Shown: positions 1-12,320 of the stretch, piece by piece
Layout: each line of letters opens with the position of its first letter
Numbering within the stretch: the stretch's first letter is position 1
DNA from: Mobula hypostoma
Taxonomy: Eukaryota
Length of the DNA stretch: 64,000 nucleotides
NCBI RefSeq assembly: GCF_963921235.1
Contig: NC_086097.1
Coordinates: 237,338,001-237,402,000, forward strand
Reading direction: 5' to 3'
The notes under the pieces: model-generated
Told to the model about the DNA's origin: nothing
Database searches by the model: none
The model's input: the letters and a program-made list of their open reading frames with translations, nothing else
Made by a program: the position numbers and the translations under genes

Positions 1-33
1 CTGAGGAGCTAGTCAGATTTCCTCCACATGGTG
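1..33 (-). CDS. CSMD3: CSMD3-like exon, 5' part only (runs off the window); start of a CUB domain (A)PCGGNLTSSS
   Basis: Minus strand reads TTTTATTTTTCAG|CA CCA TGT GGA GGA AAT CTG ACT AGC TCC TCA G. Phase 1 joins the G left by exon 11624-11815. Matches the recalled CSMD3 peptide APCGGNLTGSSG. Confidence 0.88.
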
Positions 34-186
34 CTGAAAAATAAAATAAATATAAGCTAAGTAAAACATATAAATAAAATGCAGTTTATCTAAATTACTC
101 TGTGTCAAACATATGTTCCTTCATTTCAAATTCTTTGATCTACATTTTTTGCAGTAAACCTTGAAAGTGAGAATTAAACACTGAAT

Positions 187-742
187 TCCATCTGGGTAGC
201 CTCTAATGTCTTGGCATGAATATAGATTTCTCCTTCTGGTAAACAAATATCCCCCGAGCTCAATTCCTCTATTCCCCACACTGACCTTTTATGTCTTCTC
301 ACCAGCCTACCACCTCACCCTGGGTCCCCTCCTCCTTCCCCTTCTCCTATGGTCCACTCTCCTCTCCAATCTGATTCCTTCTTCTCCAGCCCTTGACCTT
401 TCTCACCTACCTGGCCTCACCTATCACCTTCCAGCTAGCCTCCTTCCCCTCCCCCCACCTTTTTATTCTGGCATCTTCCCTCTTCCTTCAAGTCAAGTCA
501 AGTCAAGTCAAGTCAAGCCAAGTAGCTTTTATTGCCATTTCAACCATAACTGCTGGTACAGTACACAGTAAAAACAAAACAACGATCCTCCAGGTGGATC
601 CTCCTCAGTCCTGAACAAGGGTCTCGGCCCGAAACATCCATCATCTATTCATTTCCATCGATGCTGCCTGACCTGCTGAGTTCCTCCAGCATTTTGTGTG
701 TGTTGCTTCAGATTTCCAGCATCTGCAGACTTTCTTGTGTTT
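187..742 (+). mobile_element. Old PLE 3' fragment with a degenerate hammerhead (607-642), interrupted at about 488-597 by a LINE/SINE 3' tail carrying (AAGTC)n
   Basis: Shares ctgggtagcctc, the pyrimidine-rich tract and the ccagcatctgcaga tail with the long PLE at 45084-46536. Confidence 0.7.
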
Positions 743-1496
743 TTAAATTTGAGCATGTTTTACAAGATATACTCCATACAATATTCCAGAAGAGGTAGAT
801 TAGGTTATCATAAATTTAACAATTATTTTCCCCTACAAATTTTTGTGTACTTTAAAAGTAATCAATATTATCTTGTTCAAATAATTCTTTTTAAGTGTGA
901 TCCACAACTTAGAAATATTTCCATTCCAGTACATTAACCAGGTACAACCAAATTTATTTTAGCTAAGTTATTACAGGGCTAATTGATAGCTCATTTGAAG
1001 TTTTGGCACTGGCACAGCTTCCTTCTGAACTGTATCATTCGGAGAATCTGTAATGATGTTGAATTAGATAAAATGTGCATATAAAGTACACATTTTTGAC
1101 TTAAGAGCATTAATACCCTTGCATGTTAAATTTTGCTAGAAGCAACAGCTAACAACAAATCAAAAAGACATCATCTCTTTGCCAAACCAAATAACATACA
1201 ATAAGGGATTAGCAAGAATCATATGATATGATGAGACAATCCAAACCTCAGTGGGCAACTAAAAACTGTTTTATATTGCTCAGATTTGTGCTACAGTGAA
1301 ACAACATAGAAACTGAAAGTACAATGACAGATCTCGGTTTCCACACATAGCACCACCAAGTTATTATCCCTCAACCATCAGGACGCTTGAACCAAAAGGG
1401 ATGAGTTCACTCAACTTCACTTGCCCCATCACTGAAATGCTCCCACAATCTATGAACTCACTTTCAAGGACTCTTCATTCCATATTCTCGATATTT

Positions 1497-1830
1497 AGAC
1501 CATAAGACCCTAAGACAAAGGAGCAGAAGTCAGCCATTCGGCCCATCGAGTCTGCTCCGCTATTTTATCATGAGCTGATCCATTCTCCCATTTAGTCCCA
1601 CTTCCCCACCTTCTCACCATAACCTTTGATGCCCTGGCTACTCAGATACCTATCATTCTCTGCCTTAAATACACCCAATGACTTGGCCTCCACTGCCGCC
1701 CGTGGCAATAAGTTCCATAGATTCACCACCCTCTGACTAAAAAAATTTCTTCGCATTTCTGTTCTGAACGGGCGCCCTTCGATCCTTAAGTCATGCCCTC
1801 TCGTACTAGACTCCCCCATCATGGGAAATT
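1497..1830 (-). mobile_element. CR1-clade LINE 3' fragment
   Basis: ORF 1592-1822 (STRGHDLRIEGRPFRTEMRRNFFSQRVVNLWN) is the CR1 ORF2 C-terminal motif; characteristic 3' UTR follows. Confidence 0.85.
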
Positions 1831-1964
1831 TACTTCTCAGTTAAATATTAATTTTTTTTTGTATTTGCACTGTTTGCTGTCTTTAGCACACTGTGGATGT
1901 GGTCTTTCATTGATTCTATTACAGTTATTCGATTTTATTTATTTAATTGTTTGTTTATTTATTG

Positions 1965-2245
1965 ATTTATTAAATGATTGAGTTACAACACAGAATAGGC
2001 ACTTCCAGCACTTCAAGCTGTGCCACTCAGCAGTCCCCCAGTTTAACCTGAGCCTAATCACGGGACAGTTTACAATAACCAATTAACCTATCAACCAGTA
2101 CACCTTTAGGAAGAAATTGGAGTGCCTGGAAGAAACCCACATGATCGTGGGGAGGACATACAAATTCCTTACAGGCAGTGGCGGGAAATGAACCCGATCC
2201 GCTGGTACTGTGAAGAATTGTGCTAATCTCTATGATACTGTGCCT
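1965..2245 (-). mobile_element. tRNA-derived SINE (HE1/V-SINE-like). Related copies at about 17505-17725, 34985-35268, 37008-37635 (+, split by a CR1), 43470-43716, 47585-48025 and 48485-48650
   Basis: Repeated body (caattaacctacc...gaaacccac...gaacccg) with a tRNA-like head carrying a GGTTCA B-box on the minus strand. Confidence 0.65.
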
Positions 2246-2599
2246 GCAAGAAAATGAATCTCAGGGTTGCATTTGGTGACACACATGTACTTTGATAATA
2301 AATTTCCATTTTTTGATTTTTGATATGCAATTTGTAACTGATCTGTAGGGATCTGGATGCAATATATTGAAGAAAGAATTCATAAATGGACAATGGCATC
2401 TCACAGGAACCCAGCAGTTCAGCTGACATCTGTGGAGGAAGAGGGACAGTCGTCATTTCGGAGCCTTTACACCGTGCCTCTTGCGGGAATCAGACTGGTT
2501 TTGTATTCCAAAGTCTTCACCCTGAGGGGACGCATCGTCACACCTCTTTAAGGTCCCTTTTAGTTTCCATGAGTCATTGGGCAGGCGGTGGTTTAAAGA

Positions 2600-2903
2600 C
2601 ACAAACATGAGGAAGTCTGCAGATGCTGGAATTTCAAGCAACACACATAAAAGTTGCTGGTGAATGCAGCAGGCCAGGCAGCATCTCTAGGAAGAGGTAC
2701 AGTCGATGTTTCAGGCCGAGACCCTTCGTCAGGACTAACTGAAAGAAGAGCTAGTAAGAGATTTGAAAGTGGGAGGGGAAGGGGAGATCCGAAGTGATAG
2801 GAGAAGACAGGAGGGGGAGGGATGGAGCCAAGAGCTGGACAGTTGATTGGCAAAAGGGATATGAGAGGATTATGGGACAGGAGGCTTAGGGAGAAAGAAA
2901 AGA
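2600..2903 (-). mobile_element. 5'-truncated PLE 3' end with a 12-bp TSD (GTGGTTTAAAGA at 2588-2599 and 2904-2915)
   Basis: Reverse complement of the 46230-46536 region; TSD read directly. Confidence 0.85.
2701..2736 (-). ncRNA. Minimal type I hammerhead ribozyme motif (stem III ACAT variant)
   Basis: Minus strand: AGTC CTGACGA AGGGTCTCGGCCT GAAAC ATC GACT. Confidence 0.6.
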
Positions 2904-2915
2904 GTGGTTTAAAGA

Positions 2916-3590
2916 GTTGTGACCTATCTGTAAAAGTCTGTAACCAGTGTGTTCCACAAGGATCAGTGCAGGGACTTCTATTGTTGGCAATATACATAAA
3001 TGATTTGGACCAAAATATAGGTGAGCTGATTAGTAAGCTTACAGATTCACACAAAAATTGGTGGAATTGTGAATAATGAATAATCAAGGATATGGTACAA
3101 CATGGATTAATTGGAAATACGGGCGGAGGAATGGCAGATTGAGCTTAATTTGGACAAGCAACACATATAAAAGTTGCAGGTGAACCCAGCAGGCCAGGCA
3201 GCATCTCTAGGAAGAGGTACAGTCGACGTTTCGGGCCGAGACCCCAGGGCCTTGGCCCGAAACGTCGACTGTACCTCTTCCTAGAGATGCTCCCTGGCCT
3301 GCTGCGTTCACCAGCAACTTTTATGTGTGTTGCTTGAAATTCCAGCATCTGCAGATTTCCTCCTGTTTGCGTTAATTTGGACAAGTGCACTTTGGGAGAA
3401 CAAATGCAAGAGGGAAGTATATAATAAATCACAGAATCCTTAGGAGCACTGATATAGAGAGGAATCTTGGAGGCAAGTCCATTGCTCCCTGTAAGTGGTA
3501 GCACAAGTGAATAGGCAGCATATGTCAAGTTTACTTTCATTGGTTGGGGCACTGTGTATAACAATTGGCCGGTACATCGCAGCTATGTAA
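2916..3590 (+). mobile_element. Degraded CR1 ORF2 fragment hosting a PLE fold-back insert
   Basis: Decayed VPQGSV..GLLL..IYINDLD and WQ..FN..KC reverse-transcriptase motifs. Confidence 0.65.
3159..3371. mobile_element. PLE fold-back (inverted) mini-insertion with a 14-bp TSD (TTAATTTGGACAAG at 3145-3158 and 3372-3385)
   Basis: Arms of about 90 bp meet at 3244-3247; the right arm continues into the 3' tail. Confidence 0.9.
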
Positions 3591-4859
3591 AAAGCAGGGA
3601 ATGGAAGGATATAAACCATATGAAGACAGATGGGATGTGTTTAATTTGGCAGATTGGCTGGCACAGACATTATAAACCAAAGGGCCCGTTCATGTATTGA
3701 ACTGTTCTCAGTACTAATTTTTTTCAGGCTGCAGAATGCCATTTAAGTACATGAATTTAAATACACATATTATAGAATGCAGTGGTTCAGAGAATTCAGG
3801 GTATCTATCTACGAGAAGTGCAGAATGCTACAAAAATATTTCCAGCAAATAACTAGGAAGGAAAATTTGTTAGCCTTTCTGGAAAATAAAAGTAGTAAAT
3901 TCTGACTATAATTTTGCAGGACTTTGATGTGACCACTGGAATACTGTGTCATTTTTGAGAGGGCTTTTGATGCCCACTTTCTGACTCCCATTATGTAAAA
4001 TAAGGTTATGTCACTATGCAGATCAGTGTGACATAAGGAGCCAACCATAGACGAGGTTCTTCCTACTAGCGGAGACCAGAAGAATGTTTTTTTCTCTCAG
4101 TCATCAAAGAACATAGAAACTTGAAATTAAGCACAAGTTTAAATTGCATTAAAACTATTCCATGAAGTTAAAGTTTGAGCTCAAAAAATCTTTGCTGAGT
4201 AAGTAATAGATGATCGATCATCACACATTGCGTGCAGTTTTTGCAGGACGCTGAACAGACAAGACCTAGAGAAGGAAGACCAAAACACTAACCATAACTT
4301 CATCAAGGGTATTGTCATAAAGCAGATGGCAGCAAATTATCAGTGTGCTTTTAGTGAAATCAGTTGCTAAGAAAATTAATAGGAGAGGAGATGAAGGAGG
4401 CGTGTTAATTGGAGACACTGTATTAGCTGAAGCTATTGTCTACAAAATAAATGCTTAAGGAAGATTTAACATATATTTCCAAAATTATGAGCACCTTGAT
4501 TAACAAGAAGAGAGAAACTATTTCTGTAGAACAGATAATATGTGGATTGCATAGATCTAAAATCAACAAAAAAAGAATCAGAGAGACCAGGACAGATTTC
4601 TTCAGATTAGATAAGAATATACTTGCTAAAATTATGATGAGCCATAATTCACAAATATTTAAAAGGAATAATGAAAATATACCAAGAAGGTCTAATTTCC
4701 AAGATGTTGATGAAAGTTTTAGTTTGCTTAAACTATTCAAGCAAAGACTAGACACAGATATGACTGGTTCCCCATTTGTTAATATTGAAATAAATAAAGT
4801 GATTTGCAAAGACTAATTTAATTCAACTCCCAATGTGAATTTGGCCTTACTGCTTAGGG

Positions 4860-5685
4860 AAGGTAGCTGTTTTTGAGTTTGGTGGTCCCGGCGTGGATGC
4901 AATGTAGCCTCCTCTCTGACACGAGTGGGACAAACAGTCCATATATAGGGTGTGTGGGATCCTTTCTGATGTTACTGGCCCTTTTCCAGCATCTTTCTGT
5001 ACGTAAGTCCTTGATGGCAGGTTGGCATTGGGTAGTTTGACTACCCTTTGTAGAGCCTTTCAGTCCATTGCAGTACAGTTTCCATGCCATGCAGTGATGC
5101 AACATGTTAGGATGCTCTCTGCCGCACATCTGTAGAATGACGTGAGTATAGATGTGCCTAGCCCAGCTCTCTTTAGCCTCCTCAGAAAATAGAGGCATTG
5201 GTGAGGTTTCCTGATTGTATGGGATGTGTTCTGAGGCCATGAGAGGTTGTGGAAGATGTGCAGTCCCAGGAATTTGAAGCTGTTTGCAGTTCCCACTGCT
5301 GTGCCACAAATGGAAAGGGGAGTGTGAGTGGTGCAAGTTCTCATGAAGTTGATAACCATCTCCTTTGTCTTGTTGACATTGAGGAAGTGTTATTTGCCTG
5401 GACCAGGCCTCGAGCTCTTCCTCTCTGAAAGCCATCTCATCATTATTGGTGATGATCCCCACCACCTGACAATGCGATTAGACATGCAGTCATATGTGAG
5501 CAGAGTGTACAGCAATGGGCTCAGTACACAGCCCTGGGGGGCATCCGTGTTGAGGATGATGGGAAGAGAGGAGCAGTTGTGCATCCTAACTATCTCAGGT
5601 GTGTTGGTTAGGAAGTCCAACACCCAGATGCGCAGAGCTGTATTTAGACCAAGGGCAGGAATTTGCTCCTACTCCCCAGTCTAAA
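4860..5685 (-). mobile_element. Rex1/Babar-like LINE ORF2 fragment
   Basis: Frameshifted LDFLT..., APQGCVLSPLLYTLLTYDC, LYFLRRLKRAGL, SFYRCAAESILTCCITAWHGNC motifs. Confidence 0.8.
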
Positions 5686-6249
5686 TGTGGGTCTTAGAGT
5701 GAACTCCAGGACCCACATGTCATTCCTGATCTTTCTTGAATTATCTGATCTCAAAACTTTAGATAGGATCATCAGGCTTGAAACTAATTTCCTTCAATAA
5801 ATTCACTCCTTCAGTAATTCATTAAAAATCCTGATTAACTATGATTGTTTCATTGCTTTTTTGAATAACATATGTCCTTAAATAAATCACTTTCAATTAC
5901 ATCACCAGGAAACTAGTTTGAGGCACTTACTAGTAATGATAGTGTGAAGGTGCTGAACTAATAGCAGTGGAAATCAATCATGGATGCAGGCTGCCTTAAT
6001 GCTCAAGTCACTTTCAATGTGTGTGGTAATTTATTTTCTTCAGACTTTATGTTTCACACTGTGACTTTTTTAAACTGCAAAATGATTAATTGTTCAAAAC
6101 GTAATTGAAATTCCAGCACCTCCCTTTACAGGTGAGTGAGCTCCATTATGGCAGTAGTCTCCTCACCATTGTGGATATCTTCAAAAGGCAATGCTTCAGA
6201 AAGGCAGCATCCATCATTAAGGACCTCCACTACACAGGACGTTCAAAAA

Positions 6250-7417
6250 TAACAGGCAGGAAAGATATAGGAGAGTCAGTGGAGTTTGTACACTTGATTT
6301 TTCAGAAGGCATTTGACAAGGTACCGCACATGAGGCCGATTAGCGAGATTAAGAGCCCATGGTATGACAGGAAAGATATTATTATGGATAGAGCAATGGC
6401 TGATTGGCAAAAGGCAAAGAGTGGGAATAAAGGGAAGCTATTCCGATTGGCTGTTGGTGACTAGTGGTGTTCCACAGGGCATCAGTGTTGGGACCGCTTC
6501 TTTTTACATTGTATGTCAATGAATAGGATTATGGAATAGATGGCTTTGTGCCTAAATTTGCTAACGATAGCTGGAGGGCAGGTAATTTTGAGGAAGCAGG
6601 GAAGCTGCAGAAGGACTTATGTAGATTTGGAGAATGAGCAAGGAAGTGGCAGATGGAATATAGTGTCAGGAAATATATAGTCATGCAGTTTGCTCGAAGG
6701 AATAAAAGCATAGACTATTTTCTAAACGGAGAAAATTCAAAAAGCTGATGTGCAAAGGGAGTTGGGATTCCTTGTCCAGAATTTCATAAAGGTTAATTTG
6801 CAGGTTGAGCTGGCAGTGAAGAAGGCAAATGCAGTGATAGCATTCATTTTGAGAGGACTAGAATATAAAAGCAAGGATGTGATGTTGAAGCTTTATAAGC
6901 CACTGGCAAGGCATCAGTTGGTGTATTGTGAGCAGTTTTAGGACGCTTATCTAAGAAAGAATGGATTCACATTGGAGAGGGTTCAGAGCTGATTCATAGG
7001 AATGATTTTGGGAATGAAAGGGTTATCATAAGAGGATCGTTTGATGCCTCTGGGCCTGTACTTGCTGGTATTTAGAAGAGTAAGGTGGGGATTTCATTAA
7101 AGCGTACTGAATGTTGAAGGGGCGGGATAGAGTGGATGTGGAGAAGTCTAGGACCAGACAGCACAGAATCAGAACTGAAGGACGTATATTTAGAACAGAG
7201 AAGAGGAGCAATTTTTTTTTCGCTGGAGCGTAGAAGTCATTGCCACAGACAGCTGTGGAGTTCAAGTCAATGGGTGTATTTAAGGCAGAAGTTGATAGGT
7301 TCCTGATTAGTCAGGGTATGAAGAGTTATAAGGAGAAGACAGAAGAGACGGAAATGCATCAGCCATGATGAAATGGCAGAGCAGATTCGATGGGCCAAAT
7401 GATCTAATTCTTCTCCT
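6250..7417 (+). mobile_element. Degraded CR1 LINE, RT region to 3' UTR
   Basis: FQKAFDKVPH, VPQGSVLGPLLF and AVKKANAVIAFILRGLEYKS motifs; 3' UTR at about 7340-7417. Confidence 0.85.
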
Positions 7418-9213
7418 ATCATCATCATCCTCAGCGATCACTCGTAGTCGAGTATGATTCTTCTCCTGGTGGTTGGCCTGGTCAGTTGTGGGTCTTGAGA
7501 TGACCGAAGAGGCTGATCTGTGATCCACAAGTCCTATGGCAGTGTTGGTAGATGCTGGTCATTGAAGTGGTGGGAGAAGTTGCGGTTGGGCCCTTTTGAG
7601 TCTCTCCTTACGTTGAAGCCCTTAGTCTCAGCTGCACGGTGGAGATGTTATTCGAGTTGTGCTGTCCCCTCACTGAAAGTCCTATCCTTTGCAAACTTTT
7701 CCCATCCTTTCAGGCTGATGTGGCACTTTGTCAGGTGGATCTTGATATGATCCTTGAACTGTTTTTTCTGCCCTCCAGGCGTATGCATTGCCTCCTTGAG
7801 TTGACCGAACAGGAGTTGTTTAGGGAGGTGGGAGTCAGGCATACGGATGATCTGGCTGACCCATTGCAATAGGTGTCGAGTCACAATTGAGACTATGGAG
7901 TTAATGTTCGCTTCCTCTGATGAGGATCTGCAGTGCATAATGAATGCTTTTGCCAGAGCATACAAGCTCCTGGGAATTACCTAAGCATCAAGAAAACCCA
8001 AGTCCTACACCAACCTGTTCTAAATCAAGCTCCTAAACATCCAACTATCCAAGTTGACAACATCCCTCTGGAGGATACTGATCATTTCCTATACCTTAGC
8101 AACCTTCTTTCTTCAAGAGCCAACACTGACCTTGAAATAAATTGCAGTATATTTGGAACAGGTTGGTGAGTGGAGCTTTTGCCAGCCAGAGGAAGAGGGT
8201 TTTTGAAGATTGGTATATCAAGTTCATCACTAAGCTTCTGATCTGCAAAGCTATAGTCCTCCCCTCTTTGCTGTATGGAGCAGAATCATGGAAAACATAC
8301 AGCGGGTACATAAAATCCCTAGAAACTTACTATCAAATAAGTGTGAGGAGGTTCATTTTGGTAGGTCAAATCTGATGGCAGAACATAGTATTAATGGTAA
8401 CATTCTTGGCAGTGTGGAGGTTCAAAGGGATCTTGGGGTCCGAGTCCATAGGACACTCAAAGCTGCTGTGCAGGTTGGCTCTGTGGTTAAGAAAGCATAC
8501 AGTGCATTGGCCTTCATCAATCATGGGATTGAGTTACAGCTATATAGGACCCTGGTCAGACCACACTTGGAGTACTGTGCTCAGTTCTGGTTGCATCACT
8601 ATAGAAAGGATATGGAAACCATAGAAAGGGTGCAGAGGAGATTTACAAGGATGTTGCCTGGATTGGGCAGCATGCCTTATGGTAATAGGTTGAGTGAACT
8701 CAGCCTTTTTTCTTTGGAGCAATGGAGGTTGAGAGGTGACCTGACAGAGGTGTATAAGATGATGAGAGGCACTGATCGTGTGGATAGTCAGAGGCTTTTT
8801 CCCAGGGCTGAAATGGCTAGCACGAGAGGGCACAGTTTGAAGGCACTTGGAAGCAGGTACAGAGGAGGTATCAGGGGTAAGTTTTTTACGCAGAGAGTGG
8901 TGAGTGCATGGAATGGGCTGCCGGCGACAGTGGTGAAGGCGGAAATGATAGGGTCTTTTAAGAGACTTCTGGATGGATACGTGGAGCCTAGAAAAATAGA
9001 TGACTATGGGTAACCCTAGGTAATTTCTAAGGTAAGGACATGTTCGGCACAGCTTTGTGGGCCGAGGGGCCTGTATTGTGCTTTAGGTTTTCTATGTTTC
9101 AAATATGCCTCTGAAAGATTCTGAGAGTCAGCTGGAAGAACAGACATACTAAACCCCAGCATCGTGAAGGAAGCTAACATTAACTCCATAGCTACAATTG
9201 AGACTCAACACCC
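7418..9213. mobile_element. RTE-clade LINE with a 5' inversion: 3' part on minus (7418-7917), upstream part on plus (about 7912-8339 and 9099-9213); split by a CR1 insertion
   Basis: Minus strand gives RMPDSHLPKQLLFGQL..GGQKKQFKD and a (GAT)n tail. Plus strand gives SIKKTQVLHQP and KAIVLPSLLYGAESW. Confidence 0.8.
8340..9098 (+). mobile_element. CR1 LINE 3' fragment inserted in the RTE element, with a 7-bp TSD (TCAAATA at 8333-8339 and 9099-9105)
   Basis: ORF 8288-9013 (LYRTLVRPHLEYCAQFW...FFTQRVVSAWNGLP); tail ttctatgttt. Confidence 0.9.
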
Positions 9214-9514
9214 ATCTTCTCTTCTTTCTAATGGTCCACCCTTGTATTTATCCAAACGTCTCTTAAATTCTACACGTTCAACACTTCCACTGGCAGCTCG
9301 TTCTACTACCGTCTGAGTGAAGAAGTTCCACCTAAGGTTTTCCTTATTTACTTCACTTTCCACCCTTGACCTATGGCCTCTAGTTCTAGTCTCACACAAC
9401 CTCAGTGGAAAAAGCTTGCATGTATTTACTCTACTTATACCCCTCATGGTCATTGAAAGAAACATCAGAACCAGATGCATGAAGGTGATTACACCTTATC
9501 CAAGTCCAAGCAAA

Positions 9515-10027
9515 AGTGATCACATGGAAAAGTATTTTTCACTGTTTCTCTGAGGCTTTTGGGAAGCGCTGGGAACCAGACACGTTCATAACCATCCTTG
9601 GAGCAACAAGCTCCCTACTTTCAGCCAATATGTATGAAAAAATGGCTGTATTATTTGGAATGGTAATTGCTAAGAAGTTAATCCTGCAAATGTGGAAAAT
9701 GGACTCTGTGCCTACCTACAATCTGTGGCTGAGAGAACTGGCAAATACTTTACATTTGGAGAGACTGAGACTATATAATGAGGACAGAGGGGACATCTTT
9801 AAAAGGACATGGGGCCCTGTACCAGACTTTCTCACTGGGTGAGGACTGAGGTTTTTTAGTGCGGTGCACCTCTGCTGTGTATTTTTACTTTTGCCTTTAT
9901 ATTTTTCTCCCTTTTGCTGCTCAATATTTAATTTGATTTTGTTATGGTTGTGGTTTTTGTGGATGTGCTGTATTTTTTTGTGTTCTTTTGTTTGTAATAA
10001 ATAAATATTAAAATGTTTTTTAAAAAA
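9515..10027 (+). mobile_element. L1-clade LINE 3' fragment
   Basis: ORF 9516-9842 (AKKLILQMWKMDSVPTYNLWLRELANTLHLERLR...FKRTWGP) resembles the L1 ORF2 C-terminus; T-rich 3' UTR, AATAAA and an A tail. Confidence 0.75.
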
Positions 10028-10281
10028 GTCATTACAAGGTTTGACTTTCAGTGTCATCCTGAATAGCTCCCAAATGTAACAGAGAAGCAAAATATGGTCA
10101 CCTGCTGTAGAAACGCTGTCCAATTGTGGACATTTAGTTCAAATAAATGACCACATAGTAAATTTGCACCTACTTACTGAGTTCCATGTAGAAACCCACA
10201 CCGGCCTCAACAGGATCCCAGAACTTGATCTGCAACCCAAGCATGCTGTTCTAAAACTTCTACAATGCAAACTACACAATT

Positions 10282-10750
10282 AGAACAACACCTTATATTC
10301 CGTCTGGGTAGCCTCCAACCTGGTGGCATGAACATTGACTTCTCAAACTTCCGCTAATGCCCCACCTCCCCCTCATATCCCATCCATTATTTATTTATAT
10401 ACACACATTCTTTTTCTCTCTCTCCTTTTTCTCCCTCTGTCCCTCTCACTATACCCCTTGCCCATCCTCTGGGTTTTCCCCCCTCCACCTTTTCTTTCTC
10501 CCTAGGCCTCCTGTCCCATGATCCTCTCATATCCCTTTTGCCAATCAACTGTCCAGCTCTTGGCTCCATCCCTCCCCCTCCTTTCTTCTCCTATCATTTT
10601 GGATTTCTGCTCTCCCTCTCAAATCTCTTACTAGCTCTTCTTTCAGTTAGTCCTGACGAAGGGTCTCGGCCTGAAACGTTTACTGTACCTCCTCTTAGAG
10701 ATGCTGCCTGGCCTACTGTGTTCACCAGCAACTTTTATGTGTGTTGCTTG
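10282..10750 (+). mobile_element. PLE 3' fragment ending at the internal GTTGCTTG site; hammerhead at 10649-10684
   Basis: Encodes EQHLIFRLGSLQP.GMNIDFSNFR*; closely similar to 46010-46498. Confidence 0.88.
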
Positions 10751-11618
10751 ATATATAGTAAATCTTTTCAAGTAAATATTCAGAGAACTAATGACTAACA
10801 TCTCTCATTAAGGTACTAAGTCTGTGTTTTAACTATTTTTGCATTGGGTTTGTAAATAATTAACCTTCACGATGACTGGCTGAAGCAGAGATTAACACAG
10901 TATTTATTGAGAAAAGAACTTGTTGATTTACTCATCAAGTACTCTGTAGTACTCTGATGATTGTACGTTCTAGTATCAATTGTTTGGCGACAATAAAGTA
11001 TAAAGTATAAGTATCCAGGACCTCTGGAGACACAAAGATGTAATTAACCCTGCTCCATCATGAGTTCTAGCCTCTGTAGTATCCAAGACACCTTCAAGGA
11101 GTGATGCCTCAGAAAGGCGATGCCCAGCACCCAGGACATGCCCTCTTCTCATTGTTATCATCAGGAAGGAGATACAAGAGCCGAAGGCACACACTCAGTG
11201 ATTCAGGAACAGCCTCTTATCCTCTGTCATACGATTCCTAAATGTACAGTGAACCCATGAACATTAACTCAACTTTTTTTTATTTCTGTTTCTGCACTAC
11301 TTAATTAATTTAACTATTTTATATATATATACTGTAATTCACAGTTTTTCTTCTCTCAATTATCATGTATTGCATTGTACAGTGTACAGCTGCTGTGAAA
11401 TTACAAACGTCACGACCTATGCAGGTAATATTAAACCTAACTCTGACTCTGATTCATGTGCCAAGTATTGCTGAGAATGCTATTGCTAACCGGATCCAGT
11501 GAATGATTTCCCCAAATTGCTGTAAATAGTTTTCACATAGCAGCATTTATTTATGTCAGAATGAAATGTGCTATCACTATAGCTATTTATATCAGATGGA
11601 AATGAGAGTTTTAGATCA

Positions 11619-11822
<204 letters not shown>

Positions 11823-11911
11823 TTAAAAAGGGAAACATGATGAGGATTAATGGTTTTTTATTTGCTGACCATATTTTTGAACAAAATGGACCAGCTTAAG
11901 CAGGGCAATTA

Positions 11912-12320
11912 GAATCATAGAAAAGTACAGCAGAGATACAGGTCCTTCAGCCCATCTAGTCTATGCCGAACCATTCAAACTGCCGACTCCCATCAAACTG
12001 TACTGGGACCATAGCCCTCCATGCCCCTACCATCCACGTATGTATCCAAACTTCTCGTAAAAGTTGAAAGGGAGCTCGCATGCACCACTTGCACTGGTAG
12101 CTCGTTCCACACTCTCAATACTCTCTGAGTGAAGAGATTTTCCATCATGTTCCCCTTAAACTTTTCACCTTTCATTCTTAACCCATGACCTTTAGTTGCA
12201 GTCCCATCTAATCTCAATGGAAAAAAGTCAGCTTGCATTTGCCCGATCTATACCCTGATAATTTTGTATTCCTCAATCAAATATCCTCTCAATATTCTTG
12301 GTTCCAAAGAATAAAGGAAT
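11912..12320 (-). mobile_element. CR1 LINE 3' fragment
   Basis: ORF 11993-12238 (TKGHGLRMKGEKFKGNMMENLFTQRVLRVWNELP). Confidence 0.8.

Noticed and set aside
4423..4816. Overlapping 121-aa and 128-aa ORFs
   Set aside because: AT-rich, no recognisable domain or splice context; probably decayed repeat or chance ORFs.
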